NCBI GenBank assembly: GCA_964658305.1 | Contig: OZ210885.1 | Span: 10,354,001 to 10,418,000, forward strand | Direction: 5' to 3' | Length of the DNA: 64,000 bases | DNA from: Leptogorgia sarmentosa | Lineage: Eukaryota | In this document: positions 38,900 to 50,029 of the stretch, piece by piece | How positions within the stretch are numbered: position 1 is the stretch's first letter | Layout: every line of letters begins with the position of its first letter | Translations under genes and position numbers: made by a program | Notes under the pieces: generated by a model | What the model saw: the letters and a program-made list of their open reading frames with translations, nothing else | What the model was told of the DNA's origin: nothing | The model's database searches: none

Positions 38900-41285
38900 A
38901 AAAACTCCAACCAGAAGGTTGAAGACTTAAGAGAAATTGCAACATTGTCTGAAATGAATATTAAACGTAGAAACAAGGATATGTGGAGTAGCAATATCAA
39001 TATTTCTTGCAATGAAAAATATTCTAAAATGTATGTAAAGTAGAATAAAGACTCAAAAAGGCAAAACCATTGAAATTAACGCATTGCTGGAATTTGAAAG
39101 CCCCTTCAATTTGAACTCGAAAAAGTGCGTAAAAAGTGATTAAGAAATTGAGATATACTTGTAATGTGCGTCCGAAATTATTAAAACCAAATTTTGAATA
39201 CACTAAAATACTGGCTAGCAAAATTAGCTTAGCTAAGGGATTGCTTAGTGCTAGGGTATTCAAATTCAAATAATCAATGGTTTTGCGTTTTTTTGGGACA
39301 CCCTGTATACTAATATTTGATTATGACTATTTTTACCAAAACAACCAGCATTGTAGGTACTTCGGAGTCTCAATAGTAGAGATATTGAAAACTATTTGAA
39401 TGTTACATTACAATTATTACCTAATAGGCACAGTGTGTAAAAGGGCGAGAATGCATTCCCAGAGTGCGAGGGGGGGGATTCTGACCTTCTTAGAGTTGAA
39501 AACGTTTCTGCATTCTTCTTACAAGTACCATCCTACAAGTACTCCAGGAAGGGTATAGGAACGTTTTCAACCTAGTTGTAAGGACCCAACTTCTCACAAG
39601 GCGTTACCAAGGTTTGCGCCAAATCAGAAAATTGTAAGCATTTAAAACCTCTAGATTGCCGGAAACGCCCATTGCAGAACCTTAACTCTACATCTTTGGT
39701 AAGATCATTTAGGTGTACGAATCAAAGATCGCTTACATTAAGTATTATATTGCTGTATAACTTTTATAATAACTATTGTCACAAGTAAAAGAAAACGAGA
39801 AATGGTAAACAGTGGGGGACAGTTGTATAGTCGTCCCCCCAAGCAAAAAATTCGGGGACCCCACAGGATAGACACCCTTGATAGAGTATTTGGCACATGT
39901 GATTAGCTCAGTTTTCGTCACGTACCTTTGGCAAGATATAATGCATCCCGCCTGTTCCAACCTCTCGCATTTTTTCAAATTTTCGTAATACAGAATCTAC
40001 GTGAAAAGAAAGATAGTGCAAAAAATTGAGTGCCAGTTCCGTACGAAAATAGGCAGACTTCGTCTTTTCGTTGACTTCGACTGTTTCGTCTGTATGGTTA
40101 ACTTTCAAACCTCGGTTTTGATGCCTTGGCATTGGTCTCGGTTTGATATTTACCGTGCACACCTCATGCTTGGTGAGTAGGTACTTGATTTTTCACCATA
40201 TTCCAAGTTGTCAGCGATCAATGGCTATATTTATCTCAAGTGTGGGTCGTTCTTAACTGATACTTAAGATGCAATTTTCAGAGTAAATCTTACGGCTGTT
40301 TTCCAGTTACGCGTCTTTCGTACGTACGTACGTGTAAAAATTAGTGAAATTGATTTCAACGTTAGTTTCTATGCAATCACATGTAAAGCATCTCATACTT
40401 TGAATGATGTAGTATGTGTTTCTAAAGGTATTTTATTAATAAAATGAAATAGAGAGAGATTTGACTTTCACGTGCGTAAACGTACTTTAGTTGTGAAATT
40501 CGAAGCGAAATAGGATATTGAAAGCGCTAGTTGACTTGTTGCATGGTGTATGGGAAAATATCAGTTTGTCGGAAAATCGGTAAATTTCCATATCGCCGCG
40601 TTACTGGAACTTTTTGAAAGTCATTAATTTGATAATAGACGCAGGCATCATATTTTCTGAGATGCATGGAAATTGATTATTTCTGATTCAATGTTTTACC
40701 TCATTCATCATTCAATATCCCTACTGTCAGTAATTAAGATATACCTGTCCAGGCTTCCGAAGGAAATAGCTGTGTGGCAGTATCACTGAATAAGTTAAAT
40801 GGTGAACATATCTGGAAATGTTCAGCAATTCGCCTAATTAATATAAGAGGCAACTGTATATTTGAAAATGATTTCGTTTTAACTTTAGTGTAAATTTTTA
40901 GTTGTATTTGCTGGTTTACAACTATGGAATTATTATAGAATATTTGTCAATAAAAGTAAAATTACCAATGATGTTTGCAATGGTCGTCACATTTACAACA
41001 TTATCAGCAAACCTTACTGAACTTCAGACGTCATTATCTCTTAATTAGTCGTATTTTATAAAATCTTTTCATTTCAGCAGTGTACGTTTTACAGATACAA
41101 CATTGGACCATCGATCCTTATAAGTTTGTTTGCAGACTAAGGGACTCTTCATATGAGAAAAGTTATCTCTGTTGACAAGAAAATATTTCGCATGTCTAAA
41201 GACTCAGTTCTGGTCTTATTGAGCATGTTATGACGTCACCACGCTTATCGAGTAAATTGTTTTCGGCCGTGAAAGGCTGTTACAT

Positions 41286-41735
41286 AATAACTACAGTGAA
41301 ACACGCAATTTGATTGGTCAATAGTCCTGCAGGATCAGACAATCCTGCGCAGTATCCTGCTTGGAAAATTCTGAATGCTTACTCACGAGCATAATGCTCA
41401 CGAGTCACGGGGTTTTTATAATGTCGGCAATAAATTAAAGTAAAATACGAAAATTTGACAGTAACACAAATTGCTATCGAAACCAACAAACAAGGGTTTT
41501 CGTATTTATGGAAAAGAAATTAACGTTTTCCGTTGTTTCACTGTAGTTATTTTATAAAACAATTACCAAATGATTTTTCCGTGCAGGATAGCGTTATCCA
41601 TACACTTGGGATGTGGCTTGAGTTTCGGAAAGTGACTCGCCTGCGGCTCGTGATTTTTTACGCTTTCCGAAAGTCGCCACATGCCACGTGCATGGATGAC
41701 GCAATCCTGCACGGAAAACCATTCGGTATTCTTTA
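41286..41735 (-). mobile_element. Terminal-hairpin non-autonomous element, family G
   Basis: IR AATAACTACAGTGAAACA (41286) / TGTTTCACTGTAGTTATT (41534), then a ~170-nt hairpin centred on GCCTGCGGC (41639-41647). Confidence 0.8.
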
Positions 41736-42522
41736 ATGGAAAGTTTCTGATATGAAAGAAAGTGTTAAATTTTAAATCATGTTCGTATGAGATAATCATT
41801 TTCCTGTTATAACTCGCACTACGTGCACTGTCGGTACAAAAGACGAGCTCAGTGCTGACTTTGCGCAAGGTTAACAAGAAATTATTAGTTTGTGTATTCA
41901 TATCAGTCTGCTCTTGTGTCATCAAAACTTTTGTTTGTTGAGACCTGGACTCTAAAATCAAGAACTGTGATATCGCCCAAAACACTTGACCACTGTGGCG
42001 GTCCTTGTGGGTCAACCCGGGGACGAATCGGATGGGACTGTCGAACTTACTGGACTATTCTTCATTCCAACCAACACAAATTAATCCACCTTAGTCTGTA
42101 TGAATATAACACCAAACCTAATTAAAATAATTTTAAAAAACTATTTGCAAGATTCATTATGTAGATTTCAGCTTCGGAAGCATGAGCTTGTACCTTGTGG
42201 GTTCTTCCGAAGGATCCAGCAAGATCCATCTTTTGCTCCAGCTAATTTATCAACAACATCAGGACAACCTCGGGCTGAGTTGAATATCTTGCCCAATGTT
42301 GGAGAACCTGTATTGCCAGGTGAAAAACGGCACAAAAAATATGAATTGGTAATTATAAATCCTATATACTTTTTCGAAGAAACTTTTTCAAAAGTTGTCG
42401 TATTTTGTGGAATATTTTGGCATCATTAAAGTAAAATTTCGTTTAGGCCAACTGAATAAAATCAAAACCCCGCGCAAAAATTCGGTTACATTTACCATCA
42501 CGACGTCTGAACAGACCAAACA

Positions 42523-42569
42523 CGTCCCTGGTTGGACTCGAACACGCTAACCGATTGCGCCACAGAGAC
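42523..42569 (-). pseudogene. tRNA-Asn-derived pseudogene lacking the anticodon arm
   Basis: GTCTCTGTGGCGCAATCGGTTAGCG joined directly to GTTCGAGTCCAACCAGGGACG. Confidence 0.8.
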
Positions 42570-42819
42570 CAACTGCATTGAAAACCTTCCGAAAAGAAAT
42601 ACAAAAATAATGGATATTAGTATTTAACAACATACACTCGTGAGTTTTCAATAGACCTCAAATAGCACTCGACGTCCTTCGGACTCGAGTTAGAAGTTGA
42701 AAACTTTGCTTTAAAAAAGTTTCTTAGACAACTTCCTTTTATAACATTTCTCTTTTTTCTCCTTATTGCATGCAATAACGCCAAAATTTTGCCAAATACA
42801 TTCTTGAAATTTGCTCTTC

Positions 42820-42901
42820 CGTAGTCGGCAGGATTTGAACCTGCGCGGGAATTTCCCAACAGATTTCAAGTCTGTCGCCTTAACCACTCGGCCACGACTA
42901 C
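42820..42901 (-). tRNA. tRNA-Ser(TGA)
   Basis: 82-nt cloverleaf GTAGTCGTGGCCGAGTGGTTAAGGCG...; loop CT-TGA-AA; long variable arm. Confidence 0.95.
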
Positions 42902-43069
42902 ATTGCCATTGACCTTCGCTTGCACTTCGAAATGGATAAACTTTCAAATCTGCCAGTAAAATCCAACAAAATATTTTAGTAATTGTTTTCAAGTATTGTT
43001 GATAGATTAAACACGAATCGTAGTATTTGCATCTCAACCGTTTGGGTCGCATTTCCATTCATTCATTTG

Positions 43070-43141
43070 AAGGAGCGGGCGGATTTGAACCACCGACCTC
43101 TCGATCTGCAGTCGAATACTCTACCACTGAGCTACACTCCC
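43070..43141 (-). tRNA. tRNA-Cys(GCA)
   Basis: 72-nt cloverleaf GGGAGTGTAGCTCAGTGGTAGAG...; loop CT-GCA-GA; GGTTCAAATCC. Confidence 0.9.
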
Positions 43142-43443
43142 TGTGTTCTCCACTAGGTTAATTACGTACATATACTTTTAAACGGAATTATAATCAATTC
43201 CCGGACTTCTGTTTTTTCAATTTTTCATTCAAATACAAATTTTTCTTGCCATGATTCATAGCCTTAATACAATAAAAAACGCGACTTCTTTCCATTGATT
43301 TTGTAGATGGAAAACTTGGACATTGAATCTGTCACTTTAGACACTCAGCCACCACCACGGAGAACAGAACTTCCTGTCATCGAGTTTTTCCCCAAAAAAA
43401 TCATCTTTACATTCGAGGCCAAAATGTCGAAGACTTTGCATAA

Positions 43444-43525
43444 CGTAGTCGGCAGGATTTGAACCTGCGCGGGAAACTCCCAACAGATTTCTAGTCTGTC
43501 GCCTTAACCGCTCGGCCACGACTAC
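43444..43525 (-). tRNA. tRNA-Ser(AGA)
   Basis: 82-nt cloverleaf nearly identical to 42820-42901; loop CT-AGA-AA. Confidence 0.95.
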
Positions 43526-43865
43526 GTTGCTACAACCAACAGGTTTCGCGTTGTTGAACTAAACATTCACATCTACAACTGACCTACACTCTGAGGTGAC
43601 CGCGTGGGACGTAGGCCCAAGGTTGCTTGGGAATGAAATGGATTCTTTTGGGTGTTTCTTTCTTGATAATATAAATAAAAGTATTACTCGACTGTGGTTG
43701 GCTCATTTCTGTGCAGTTAATCTCAAATCACAGTGCAATTTTATGTTATTACTTTGAACCAATGAAATTTGAGCTCAAGCTACAGTTTGCATCAAAACAA
43801 AACAAACATGGCGGCCGCGCTATGCAAAGCAAAAATTATCTTCAGTTAGGGAGGCCGCAAGTGCT

Positions 43866-43938
43866 TGACCTTGAAGTGAAGTGAACACTTAACCTTCTGA
43901 TCTGGAGTCAGACGCGCTACCAATTGCGCCACAAGGTC
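43866..43938 (-). tRNA. tRNA-Trp(CCA), T-loop variant
   Basis: GACCTTGTGGCGCAATTGGTAGCGCGTCTGACT-CCA-GATCAG...; T-loop reads TTCACTT (A58 replaced by C). Confidence 0.85.
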
Positions 43939-44024
43939 GTAGCGCTGTTAAAATGGTTTGGTTTCAGAGAACGAGTTTGAAAATGTGAACACAAACTGCT
44001 TCAAATTCAAATTTTCAGAAAAAA

Positions 44025-44096
44025 TTCCCACGCCGGGAATCGGAACCGGGCCATGGCGGTGAAAACGCCAGATCCCAACCACTAGACCACATGGGA
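44025..44096 (-). tRNA. tRNA-Glu(TTC), damaged B box, possibly a pseudogene
   Basis: TCCCATGTGGTCTAGTGGTT...; loop TT-TTC-AC; T arm CCGGT-TCCGATT-CCCGG deviates from consensus. Confidence 0.75.
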
Positions 44097-44190
44097 GGGA
44101 TAACTTGTTGCTTGAATATTTTTGTGTTACAAGGCCAGGTTTTCTGTCGTGTTGCAGTTGAAATTGAAATGCAACAAAATGAAAATATTC

Positions 44191-44261
44191 TGCGTTAGCG
44201 GGGAATCGAACACCGGTCTCCCGCGTGGCAGGCGAGAATTCTACCAATGAACCACCAACGC
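44191..44261 (-). tRNA. tRNA-Gly(GCC), T-stem mismatch
   Basis: GCGTTGGTGGTTCATTGGTAGAATTCTCGCCT-GCC-ACGCGGGAG...GTTCGATTC. Confidence 0.8.
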
Positions 44262-44540
44262 AAAATTGCCCAGTTCTTTTGTTAAAATGTTCATATTCCA
44301 CAAGATGCCGAACATTTTCACGAAACATCTTCAACTAATAAATCGGAGTAAGTTCTAGGAAATTTTTACACTTTAAACATGATCAGCAAATCATTTTTTT
44401 GTGGAAAAGCAAGACATGTCAACAAGGACTTAAATACAGAAAAAACCAAAAGAATGGGTAAGAGGGATAGAGCTAGTATAATAGGAATGGTTTTGCTAAT
44501 CTCTTGAATTGCATATTTTTTCCTTCTCTCGTAAGTATTA

Positions 44541-44573
44541 TTCCCATGCCGGGAATCGAACCCGGGCCTTGGC
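44541..44573 (-). pseudogene. tRNA-Glu 3'-half fragment
   Basis: GGCCCGGGTTCGATTCCCGGCATGGGAA only; 5' half missing. Confidence 0.7.
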
Positions 44574-44662
44574 TTATCTTTTCTCGGAAACTGAAAATAA
44601 CGATAATATTTTTAATTTGAAATTGGAAGAAAGTTTCGAGAGACAGCGTGGCCAGAAGTGCT

Positions 44663-45103
44663 TGACCTTGAAGTGAATTGAACACTTAACCTTCTGATCT
44701 GGAGTCAGATGCGCTACCAATTGCGTCAGCAGAAAAATTTTTTGGGATCACTTCGCGGCTTGGTTACTAAGCATTCATTTACTTTATGTTGTATTGCAAA
44801 ATCTATTCACTCGAGCTTCGTTAGCTCAGGAGTTACGGTCCCGACTCGTCAGCAGCGAACATGCAGGTTCGATTCTCGCGTGTTGGTTTTCTGTCATTTT
44901 TTTGCATTTTGTTTGTTTTTTTTTCAAGCTTTTTTTCTCAGCATTTTGTTGTTAGGGTCAGAATTACTATTTGGGCCTGGATTAGAAAAACAAAAAGAAA
45001 AAGAAAAGACCATATTTTCTGTTTAGAGTCAGAATTGGATCAGTGCTTGGTAACCAAGCCGCGAAATGATCCCAAAAAAAATTTCTGCTTGGGGCACAAG
45101 GTC
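44663..45103 (-). pseudogene. tRNA-Trp(CCA) interrupted by a MITE
   Basis: The 5' acceptor strand GACCTTGTG (45095-45103) is separated from the rest (44663-44725) by a ~370-bp insertion. Confidence 0.85.
44726..45093. mobile_element. MITE with ~45-bp TIRs inserted in tRNA-Trp; diverged copy at 53907-54127
   Basis: AGCAGAAAAATTTTTTGGGATCACTTCGCGGCTTGGTTAC / GTAACCAAGCCGCGAAATGATCCCAAAAAAAATTTCTGCT. Confidence 0.8.
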
Positions 45104-45189
45104 GTGATATTGTTAAACTGGTCTGTTTTCAGAGAATGAGTTTGAAGATTTAAACAGAAACTATTTCAAATTGAAATTTTCAGAAAGAA

Positions 45190-45264
45190 TTCCAATGCTG
45201 GGAATCGAACCCGGGCCATGGCGGTAAAAGCGCTGGATTCAAACCAGAGAACCACACCATGGGA
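45190..45264 (-). pseudogene. tRNA-Glu-derived pseudogene
   Basis: Paralogous to 44025-44096, including flanks; D arm and anticodon stem degraded. Confidence 0.75.
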
Positions 45265-45633
45265 GTGACAATTTGTGGATTATTTGTTACATGTGAAAAG
45301 AAACGTGCAAGTTTCGGCAGGGCCAATTTTTGAATATTTTGTAATGCAGCGAATTTTATTGCCTTCCCCTTCCACCATCCATGTTGCAATTCAGAGTTGA
45401 TCGAATCAAATTGATCCAAGAGACAGATCAATGACAAGTTGAGCTTGTTATTTTAATTACTGAGGGGACACTAAGGGATAGAAACCAATGCAAAAACGAG
45501 GGTAAAATTAGAATATTGTTAATTTTACTTTCTTCCATTGGGGGTTAAATTATGAATTTTAACAAATAATAGAGAGGAAGCATCACGTTTTAAAACTAAC
45601 GTCAGCTCAAAACAGCCATGAACAACGAAAAAT

Positions 45634-45715
45634 TGGCAGCGGTGGGATTCGAACCCACGCCATCGAAATGACTGGTGCCTAAAACCAGCGCCTTCGACCA
45701 CTCGGCCACGCTACC
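45634..45715 (-). tRNA. tRNA-Leu(TAG)
   Basis: 82-nt cloverleaf GGTAGCGTGGCCGAGTGGTC...; loop TT-TAG-GC; GGTTCGAATCC. Confidence 0.95.
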
Positions 45716-46130
45716 TGTGACGTGCTGACAATATAATTTCTTTTTAGTAAACATCCACATCGTTTGAAGAGATTCCTTTCGCTATCAACGAAACGTAGAA
45801 ATGTGAGACAATGGGGAAATATTGTCGTGCTAAGGTTCTGTGGTGTAATGGCTGCAGGTTCGCTGGTAAATAACATAAAATATATATCCCTACCTAAATA
45901 TTTATATCCCTACCTTGAAATTACAAATATTTGAAGATACTTTTGCCTGTTGTATTTACCTTATTTTAGTAGTGATTCCAGTCATTCACTACAGGTGAAC
46001 TAAACACAAATTCGTTTTCATTAATTTTGTCGCTGAAATTGCCGTAAATGCCATCCTTTGCAACTTCAAAAATTTTCTGGGGAAGAATACCCCCATAGCG
46101 TGTGACCTGCACAAGCACGAGCAGCTTAAA

Positions 46131-46310
46131 ACACTACATAGGCATGTCAGCAAGCAAATTTAAAGAATGATATGGAAACCACATTAAGTCTTTTAACAAC
46201 AAAAGTTACTCAAATGAAACAAAACTTTCGAAATATATTTGGGGACTAAAAGATAATAAGATAGATTTCGACATTAATTAATACGTGGTCAATAATTGAA
46301 CAGTGTATTT
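46131..46310 (+). mobile_element. Penelope-like GIY-YIG endonuclease fragment
   Basis: YIGMSASKFKE*YGNHIKSF...NETKLSKYIWGLKD; contains a stop and a frameshift. Confidence 0.75.
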
Positions 46311-46321
46311 CGTATACGGGA

Positions 46322-47016
46322 TATACATTTCACCACTTCTAAAAACCTGGGAAGATTTTTTCATGATACGAAGATAGACTAATTCAGTAATGTAATATTG
46401 GCCAGTTTTTGAAAAGCTTCGGAAATATATCTTTCACGTGATATGATAATACGAAGTCGGACTATAATTACGTATCGTAATATACATTGTAGGTAAAACA
46501 GTATTATGTCAATGGACATAAAAACAAAACGCAAATGTGTCGATAGATAATCTGCAAGTAGCAAGGGCCGAAGTTCCTGCATCTGTGAGCTGTCAAACAT
46601 GGCACTATATTCATCTAGCTAAGCCAAAGATAATGCAAAGCGACAGGGATTATAAATACGAGTTGTAAAATGAAATAATGTTGGATCTGAGTTTTCGGGA
46701 CACTGTATGGACTGATCACTGCATACATACATACAAACTGCTAGTAAATACACATTGTCTGAATGAACATGCCAAATATTTCTGAAACGAACATGCCACC
46801 TTTGCGTCTCCCTTTTGACACAACCAACCGAAGCGCATTCCAGTCTCCTTCTGATCTCTATGTGTGTCTGCTGTCTACCATTTCCGCACTCACGCACCGG
46901 TCGTGAAAGAGTGCTACCAGGCAACTAGGTGAGCGAGCGCATGATAAGAGCGGGGAAGAGAAAGTTCGCCGGCAACGTCGTCTCCCTGGAGATAAAACAA
47001 CCACGTTGGTTTCAAC
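46322..47016 (+). repeat. Segment X, duplicated at ~58130-58831
   Basis: Direct ~700-bp repeat; the ORF track gives near-identical translations for both copies. Confidence 0.9.
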
Positions 47017-47375
47017 CAGTGATGTTTGTTCAAATCCCGAGCGCTAAATTCTTCGCATTAAGATTATCACTAAAAAACGTTTTAAAAAATAATGACAATA
47101 AGATTGTTATAAAACTACTCTTTTGTTGTATCATCTGTGAAGCGATGTATAGTTTTAGTTGATTGAGTCATTCCATCAAAGAACAAAGGTAGTGATAAAA
47201 ACTTTGACGACGTGAAATCACGCATGCGCTATAAACTGAAAATTGAATATTACCTTCTGGGCGGCCGCGTCCCGTAATCTTAAGGTCGCTTTTCTCTGTT
47301 AAAATATGGCTCGGAATAGTAAGTAAATTGCTTCCGGGCGAAGACTTGAAAAATCGAACTCGAAGACAATAAGAC

Positions 47376-47463
47376 TTGAAGAATCGAAGAGTTGAAGAAT
47401 CGAAGAGTTGAAGAATCGAAGAGTTGAAGAATCGAAGAGTTGAAGAATCGAAGAGTTGAAGAA
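47376..47463 (+). repeat. 16-bp tandem repeat (TTGAAGAATCGAAGAG) x ~5
   Basis: Perfect head-to-tail units with no spacers. Confidence 0.9.
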
Positions 47464-48399
47464 GTGCTGTGAATTCCGTACGTGTTCGTCATTCGTTCGT
47501 GCATCGTTTGGCCTTGATTTTGGCAGCAGTACTCTTCGTGTTCGTGCCTGTTTGCGGGGCCCTCTAGGGGGTAACGCTAAGGCGGTGGTCTTTATTTCCA
47601 ACCTTGCTGCGTGCTTCTGTTGTCAGGTTGAAGTGCTTGACTGAAACCTGACGTCTCAGTTCCTCTTATCTTTTGTCCGTGTGTTGAGAAATTAGATCCT
47701 CGTTTGCCACGCATGTGGGCCATAGCGTACTCAGTTAATAAGTTGTTTCGACACTGGGATCTCGTTTAAGCGTACATTAGGATAGTTAAGCGGATACGAA
47801 AGCCCCGTTTACACGACAACCGTTTTGGGCACGGCACCGTTAAACTAGGCACGCGGACCACTAAATTTTAATCCGTCCGCTACGTTTACACGCTAAATTT
47901 TAAGCGGGCCATTTTTGCAGCGGGCACGCCGAATTACGAAAAATAGCCCGCTTAAAATGCGAGCCCAAAGCAACTGTTAGTGCTGATAATAACAAAAAAG
48001 CAAACTTGCGGGCTTTTCCAAATATGGCTAGCACTTCCTACAATGTTAAATAGGCTTTTGCTTGGTATATGAAAAAACGACGCGACAACTTGTTCAAACA
48101 GGGTTTTACTACATCCCGGGCGTTCTTTGCATTCCAGGAACATAATTGAAGCTCTGAAAATGAAATGCAGTTTTTATCTCCCGTTTACCGAGGACATACT
48201 GTAACATTACGCCACTCTCACAGCGCTTCATTTCAATCAAACGTTTCCAGCTTTACACGAATTGCAAAATAAAAAGGATGGGGCTCATTAACAACTTGAA
48301 AACATGGTTGGATAATAACCGACGCTTTTGGGATCTTGGCTCAATTTCTCACAAAACCTGTGAGATCAAGCAGTTGAATTTTCAATTCAGTCACAATTC

Positions 48400-48795
48400 A
48401 GTTATAAAACTGCGTTTAAAACACCAAAACCAGCATCTGTAATGCATGAGTTGCCTGGCCTCGAAACATCGAGACCAATCGGACTAATTTCCGCAGAATT
48501 TATCTCATATCAATACTAAACTTCCTTTCTCGTGTCATCCACAGTTAAATGTTCCAATTCCTTTCTTATACTCGATATGGACCTCTTCCAAACACAGCAC
48601 GTTCCTCGTTTCGCTGTTTTGTCTGTATGATTTTCTTTATCTTCTCCACAAACTCGTGGAGCTTGCTTGCATTAAAATTGAGATCATCATAAAATTGGCG
48701 GATTCGGAATCATTATTCTTGAACTCCATCGGAGGATTTCCTAATCCGGCGTCGACTCGAACAGGTTTTAACATCGAGTTTTTCATCTCATTTGC
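48400..48795 (-). pseudogene. Degenerate exon of a probable DNA-transposase (MULE-like) protein
   Basis: SMLKPVRVDAGLGNPPMEFKNNDSESANF resembles the TNN..ES.N motif; frame disrupted downstream. Confidence 0.4.
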
Positions 48796-49213
48796 CTAAA
48801 AAAACAGGAAAATACACATACTCGAATGTATATGAATATATTTTTCTTTCCGCGATCACATTGAACAATCCAGCATTTGTTGAGTTTTCTATTGCATGCT
48901 ATTAGAAAGTATTTTTGATAGTAGTATTTTTAAATTTTAGCACAATTGGTAGCTATAAATCGTAAAGTGGCCTTAAAACCTTTAAGGTTGAAGACATGCA
49001 AATTAGCGACATACTTTTGACAAATACGGTGAACTATATAGATCTTGCATCGAGTGATGGCTGATGATACCTTTTTGTTGTAAACTCAAACGATTGTTCA
49101 TTTCTAATATATAGAAGTTTACCATCCATTAATTAATAATATTTAAATATGACAAGTTTCGGCGTCAGATGCACACAATGTTTTTGTCCTACTGTCATGT
49201 TACACGAGACACA

Positions 49214-49573
49214 TCACACCTTCATCACCTTATTGCTCTTCTTGAGAAATTTTCGTATCTGCCTTTTATTACTGGTTTTTAATTTGGATATTTCATCAAG
49301 ATCAAACGCAGTTAGATAAAAGCATTCTTTTGGAAGCTCGTCCGTCCATGGCTTTCCTCCGCGGTTAGACAAGGAACCCACCTCTTGTTCCACGACCCCT
49401 TCCAGTAATGGATAGTGATTGTTTTCTTTTTTTTTGTAAAACTTTACCAATTACTGGGACATCCTTATAATCTAACAATGAGACAGCTACGAAAGACGAC
49501 TCTTTAATATAGGTGCAAAGATCGGAAACCGATTGCACTTCAGCCGAACGCATGTAGGGGCCTGTGTGAACCT
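49214..49573 (-). pseudogene. Frameshifted terminal exon of an uncharacterised, probably TE-borne protein
   Basis: FVAVSLLDYKDVPVIGKV / YWKGSWNKRWVP / PWTDELPKECFYLTAFDLDE in three successive frames after a TTACAG acceptor. Confidence 0.4.
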
Positions 49574-49881
49574 GTAAGGAACAACACAATGAAAAGCGAA
49601 TTGTTGTTTCCTAAATCAGTAATCAGAGAATGTTTGCTTCGTTTTTAATGCTGACCGAGCGTTTTTGGAAATTTTGAGCGCTCGTTAGTTTAGAGAATGT
49701 TTTTCATCAGTAAACTTTTTTTTGATACACCCTGTATTACTCGATTCTAACGGAGGTCAGGGCGATTCTGCAATGCTTACAGGGTAAAGAGAGAATAGGG
49801 TTACCTTTTAGATAGTTCCTTCTCGTGTGCTGACAAGGACAACGTAATCTCTTTATTGTTTGACGATGCGAATCAGCAGAG

Positions 49882-50003
49882 GCCGGTTGTATAAAAACGT
49901 AGTTAAAGTTAACTATAGTTAAGTGCGAAAATTGACCAATCAGAAACGCATATTTCAAAGTTAACTACAATTTAACTACAAAAAGAGTTTTATACAAGCG
50001 CCC
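49882..50003. mobile_element. Small Harbinger-like MITE
   Basis: GGCCGGTTGTATAAAA...GTAGTTAAAGTT / AATTTAACTAC...TTTTATACAAGCGCCC. Confidence 0.55.
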
Positions 50004-50029
50004 CCAGGTCTTTTGTAGACATCGACACG

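Noticed and set aside
42820..42901. Possible selenocysteine or suppressor tRNA
   Set aside because: Anticodon TGA decodes the Ser codon TCA; tRNA-Sec has anticodon TCA and a different structure.
45190..45264. Glu-body tRNA with a TTT anticodon as a recoding tRNA
   Set aside because: The D arm, anticodon stem and acceptor are also degraded; it is a decayed duplicate.
42617..45876. Short ORFs over the tRNA cluster
   Set aside because: Chance frames crossing tRNA genes and a MITE; no protein-like signal.
46619..46924. Cys-containing ORF in segment X as a piggyBac-like C-terminus
   Set aside because: The frame is not conserved between the two copies and the motif match is too weak.
47376..47463. 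Possible CRISPR-like array
   Set aside because: Contiguous 16-bp units with no unique spacers, in a eukaryotic context with no cas genes.
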